This document shows, in pieces, positions 61,567 to 64,000 of a stretch of 64,000 nt of DNA. Numbering within the stretch: the first letter of the stretch is position 1; each line of letters opens with the position of its first letter. Source of the stretch: Spirochaetia bacterium (GTDB lineage Bacteria > Spirochaetota > Spirochaetia > CADAEX01); assembly GCA_963662265.2 (NCBI GenBank), contig CAXXHA010000035.1, positions 160,001-224,000 on the forward strand, written 5' to 3'. The translations under genes and the position numbers were made by a program. The notes beneath the pieces are model-generated. The model worked only from the letters and a program-made list of their open reading frames with translations. It had not been told where the DNA came from and made no database searches.

Positions 61567-62271
61567 ATGAAAGCTAAAATATTGATAATCGAAGATGAAG
61601 TTGAAATAGCGGAACTGATATCTCTTTACCTCTCAAATGACGGTCTTGAATCAGTCCATGCTGAATCAGCTGAAGATGCTCTTGATCTGGTTGCTCAGGG
61701 AAATATTGATCTTATTGTCCTTGATATAAATCTCCCCGGAATGGATGGTTTTGAATTCCTCCAGAAGCTCAGGGATACGAAAAAGAATATCCCTGTAATT
61801 ATTGTTTCGGCACGTCAGGATGATGCTGATATGGTTCTAGGGCTTGGAACAGGTGCTGATGATTATGTTACAAAGCCGTTTTCCCCCAAGGTTCTGGTTG
61901 CAAGAATAAGAAGCAACCTGAGGAGATATTTTGATTCTGCTGCAGGAGGCGGAGTAAGATCGACAAATATAACCAGTTTCGGGGATTATGCAATTGATAT
62001 GGATGCATATGTTGTCAGGAAGGGGGACAGGAAGGTGCAGCTTTCCCCCAGGGAATATGAGGTGCTGGCGTACCTTGTGCAGAACAGTTCTGTCCCGAAA
62101 ACTCCCGATGATATATACAAGGCTGTCTGGGGAAATAATTACGGGGATATTACAACTGTTGCAGTTCATATACAGAGGCTCAGGAAAAAAATAGAAAAAG
62201 ACCCTGCCCACCCGGAATTCATAAAAACTGTTCACGGTATGGGGTATCAGTTCAGCCCTGAAGGAGAGTGA
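61567..62271 (+). CDS. OmpR-family response regulator
   Basis: IIEDE, LDINLPGMDG, GADDYVTKPF, VHIQRLRKKIE, TVHGMGY. Confidence 0.96.
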   Translation: MKAKILIIEDEVEIAELISLYLSNDGLESVHAESAEDALDLVAQGNIDLIVLDINLPGMDGFEFLQKLRDTKKNIPVIIVSARQDDADMVLGLGTGADDYVTKPFSPKVLVARIRSNLRRYFDSAAGGGVRSTNITSFGDYAIDMDAYVVRKGDRKVQLSPREYEVLAYLVQNSSVPKTPDDIYKAVWGNNYGDITTVAVHIQRLRKKIEKDPAHPEFIKTVHGMGYQFSPEGE

Positions 62272-62272
62272 G

Positions 62273-63622
62273 TTGAAGCTGAGGACCCAGATTATAATTC
62301 TTTCTGCAGCACTTGCAGTTACACCTTTCCTTATAAGTATATTTATTTTTTCATATCACCGCGCATTCGGCAGTGATGAAGAACAGTACATGGAAAGATT
62401 TCTAGTCTCAAAATGGATATATGAAGAGTTTTATCCCTCCATATATGATGAAAATATGGAGAGGGTGTTTATTCCTACAGGAATCGAAGTAAGTATAATA
62501 AATGAAGAGGGGATTATTGTTTTTTCAAATATTCCCCAGATGAAGAGAGGGATGTTTTTCAATCCGATGTTTCCCCGGTTTATTGAATTTATCAGGGGAA
62601 AAGAGAGCAGGACAATTATTGAAACATTTGACCATGACGGGAAGAAATGGCAGTTTTTCTTCATATATTCTGAAATCCCGGAATATCTCAGGAAAAACCG
62701 TTTTGGGTGGCTGAAACAGACTCTCTACAGCTCTCTTTATCTTACCCTTGCAGTGCTTATTGCCGGGTATTTCTTTGTCCGGTCTATTCTGAGAAGGACC
62801 GGCAAGCTTGAGTATGCGATAAAAAAGGTTTCAGAAGGGCAGCTCGATTTTGAGATTGAGAAGGAAGGGCGGGATGAATTTGCCCTTCTCCTTGATTCTT
62901 TCGACAGTATGAGAATAGCTCTTAAAGAGGAGCAGGCAAGAAAATCCCGTTTTATCATGGCGGTTTCCCATGATCTTAAGACTCCACTTACCTCTATCAA
63001 GGGTTATGTAGAAGCAATCCAGGACGGACTTGTCAGGGACTCTGAAACTCTCAATAAATATGTAGGTATTATTTCTGATAAATCTGTTGTACTTGAAGAG
63101 AGGATATCTTCACTCATAGATTTTGCAAGGATGGAAACAGGGGAATGGAAAATCAGGAACAGCGAGATAGAGCTTAACAGTTTTTTCAAAAGGCTCAGCA
63201 GTATTTATGAAGAGGACTGCAGAATATTAAGCAAGAACTACAAGTATGACAATTACCTGCCCGAGTCTGTTAAGATCACATGCGATCCTGTCCTTTTTGA
63301 AAGGGCTTTAGAAAATCTCTTTGTGAATTCTGTAAAACATACTCTTTCAGGCACAGAGATATTATTCAGGGCTTTTATGGATAACAGCATTCCTGTCATA
63401 GAACTGGGAGATAACGGAGAAGGGATTGATGAAGCTGATCTCAAGTATATATTTGAACCCTTTTACCGGGGAAGCAATTCCCGCAAGGAGCCTGGTATGG
63501 GACTGGGGCTTTCAACTGCAAAATCTGTTCTTGATGCTCATGGATGGGATGTCAGTGTTTCATCTGTCAAAGGGGAGGGGACTGTTTTCCGCATAGTCCT
63601 TGGCAGGGCAGGTAAAAACTAG
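62273..63622 (+). CDS. HAMP-domain sensor histidine kinase
   Basis: Two TMs, HAMP, SHDLKTPLT, NLFVNS, DNGEG, GMGLGL. Confidence 0.95.
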   Translation: MKLRTQIIILSAALAVTPFLISIFIFSYHRAFGSDEEQYMERFLVSKWIYEEFYPSIYDENMERVFIPTGIEVSIINEEGIIVFSNIPQMKRGMFFNPMFPRFIEFIRGKESRTIIETFDHDGKKWQFFFIYSEIPEYLRKNRFGWLKQTLYSSLYLTLAVLIAGYFFVRSILRRTGKLEYAIKKVSEGQLDFEIEKEGRDEFALLLDSFDSMRIALKEEQARKSRFIMAVSHDLKTPLTSIKGYVEAIQDGLVRDSETLNKYVGIISDKSVVLEERISSLIDFARMETGEWKIRNSEIELNSFFKRLSSIYEEDCRILSKNYKYDNYLPESVKITCDPVLFERALENLFVNSVKHTLSGTEILFRAFMDNSIPVIELGDNGEGIDEADLKYIFEPFYRGSNSRKEPGMGLGLSTAKSVLDAHGWDVSVSSVKGEGTVFRIVLGRAGKN

Positions 63623-64000
63623 CAGAAAAGGTTGGAAATATTAAAAAAACAGGTCTTCTGTTTCAGTTAACTGTTGACTCAGGTGGTGAAATAATGCCAT
63701 ATAGTTATATCTAATACTTATATCCGGAGGGATTTATCCAGAGCTGCTTATATACATAAGCTAAGTTGGAAAAGCAGATAATTCTAAAAATCTATAAAAA
63801 ACTCATTCTTAAAAACAGGTGAGTTGTGTCTTTTTGGAATTTTCTGCAGATCTTTCCCGGTCTGTTATATACCTGCATTATTAAATAATCCGTATTATTG
63901 AATATAATATTCTTATATGAAGTATTTCTGTGAATTTTTATGATTCACGGAAAAATATATTCAACTGCAATGGTTTTTTCCCGAATAAATACAGGAAAAA

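Noticed and set aside
1030-63444. Numerous short antisense or overlapping ORFs in the track
   Set aside because: They are shadows of well-supported genes with no motifs or SDs. The twin ORFs 1030-1236 and 6115-6306 only reflect the duplicated tract.
63715-63760. SAM-I-like words (TTATCCAGAG, GGAGGGA)
   Set aside because: They are in the wrong order and the rest of the aptamer is missing.

Overview
AT-rich bacterial chromosome segment, probably from an anaerobic free-living spirochaete (inferred from protein families, not verified). 1-18.5 kb is a visibly more AT-rich accessory block. It holds two tandem giant STAND-type ATPase/GAF/histidine kinases that share near-identical DNA tracts, an NtrC-family sigma54 activator, and three neighbouring units that each have a sigma54 -24/-12 promoter with the same tandem GTCAAY-N4-RTTGWC-like enhancer pair 90-93 bp upstream. 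These units encode TlpA plus a UshA-like CxC protein, a CsgG-like protein plus a lipoprotein, and an LPP20 lipoprotein plus two DUF900 hydrolases. A DUF1573-thioredoxin-CcdA fusion sits among them and a YoeB remnant ends the block. Genes at 11-15.6 kb carry many +1 insertions, mostly in homopolymers, that look like sequencing errors. The rest is mostly housekeeping: glpQ-like, cobO, pfkB, lysO, an amino-acid ABC transporter, aspS, GntR/phnW/TAXI-TRAP, purLQ, lysA, sppA, aminotransferase-iorAB-paaK, a RAYT transposase with a repeated GGGGACGGAGG motif, htrA, an RND efflux operon and an OmpR-type two-component system. Several genes look leaderless. No tRNA, rRNA or CRISPR array was seen.
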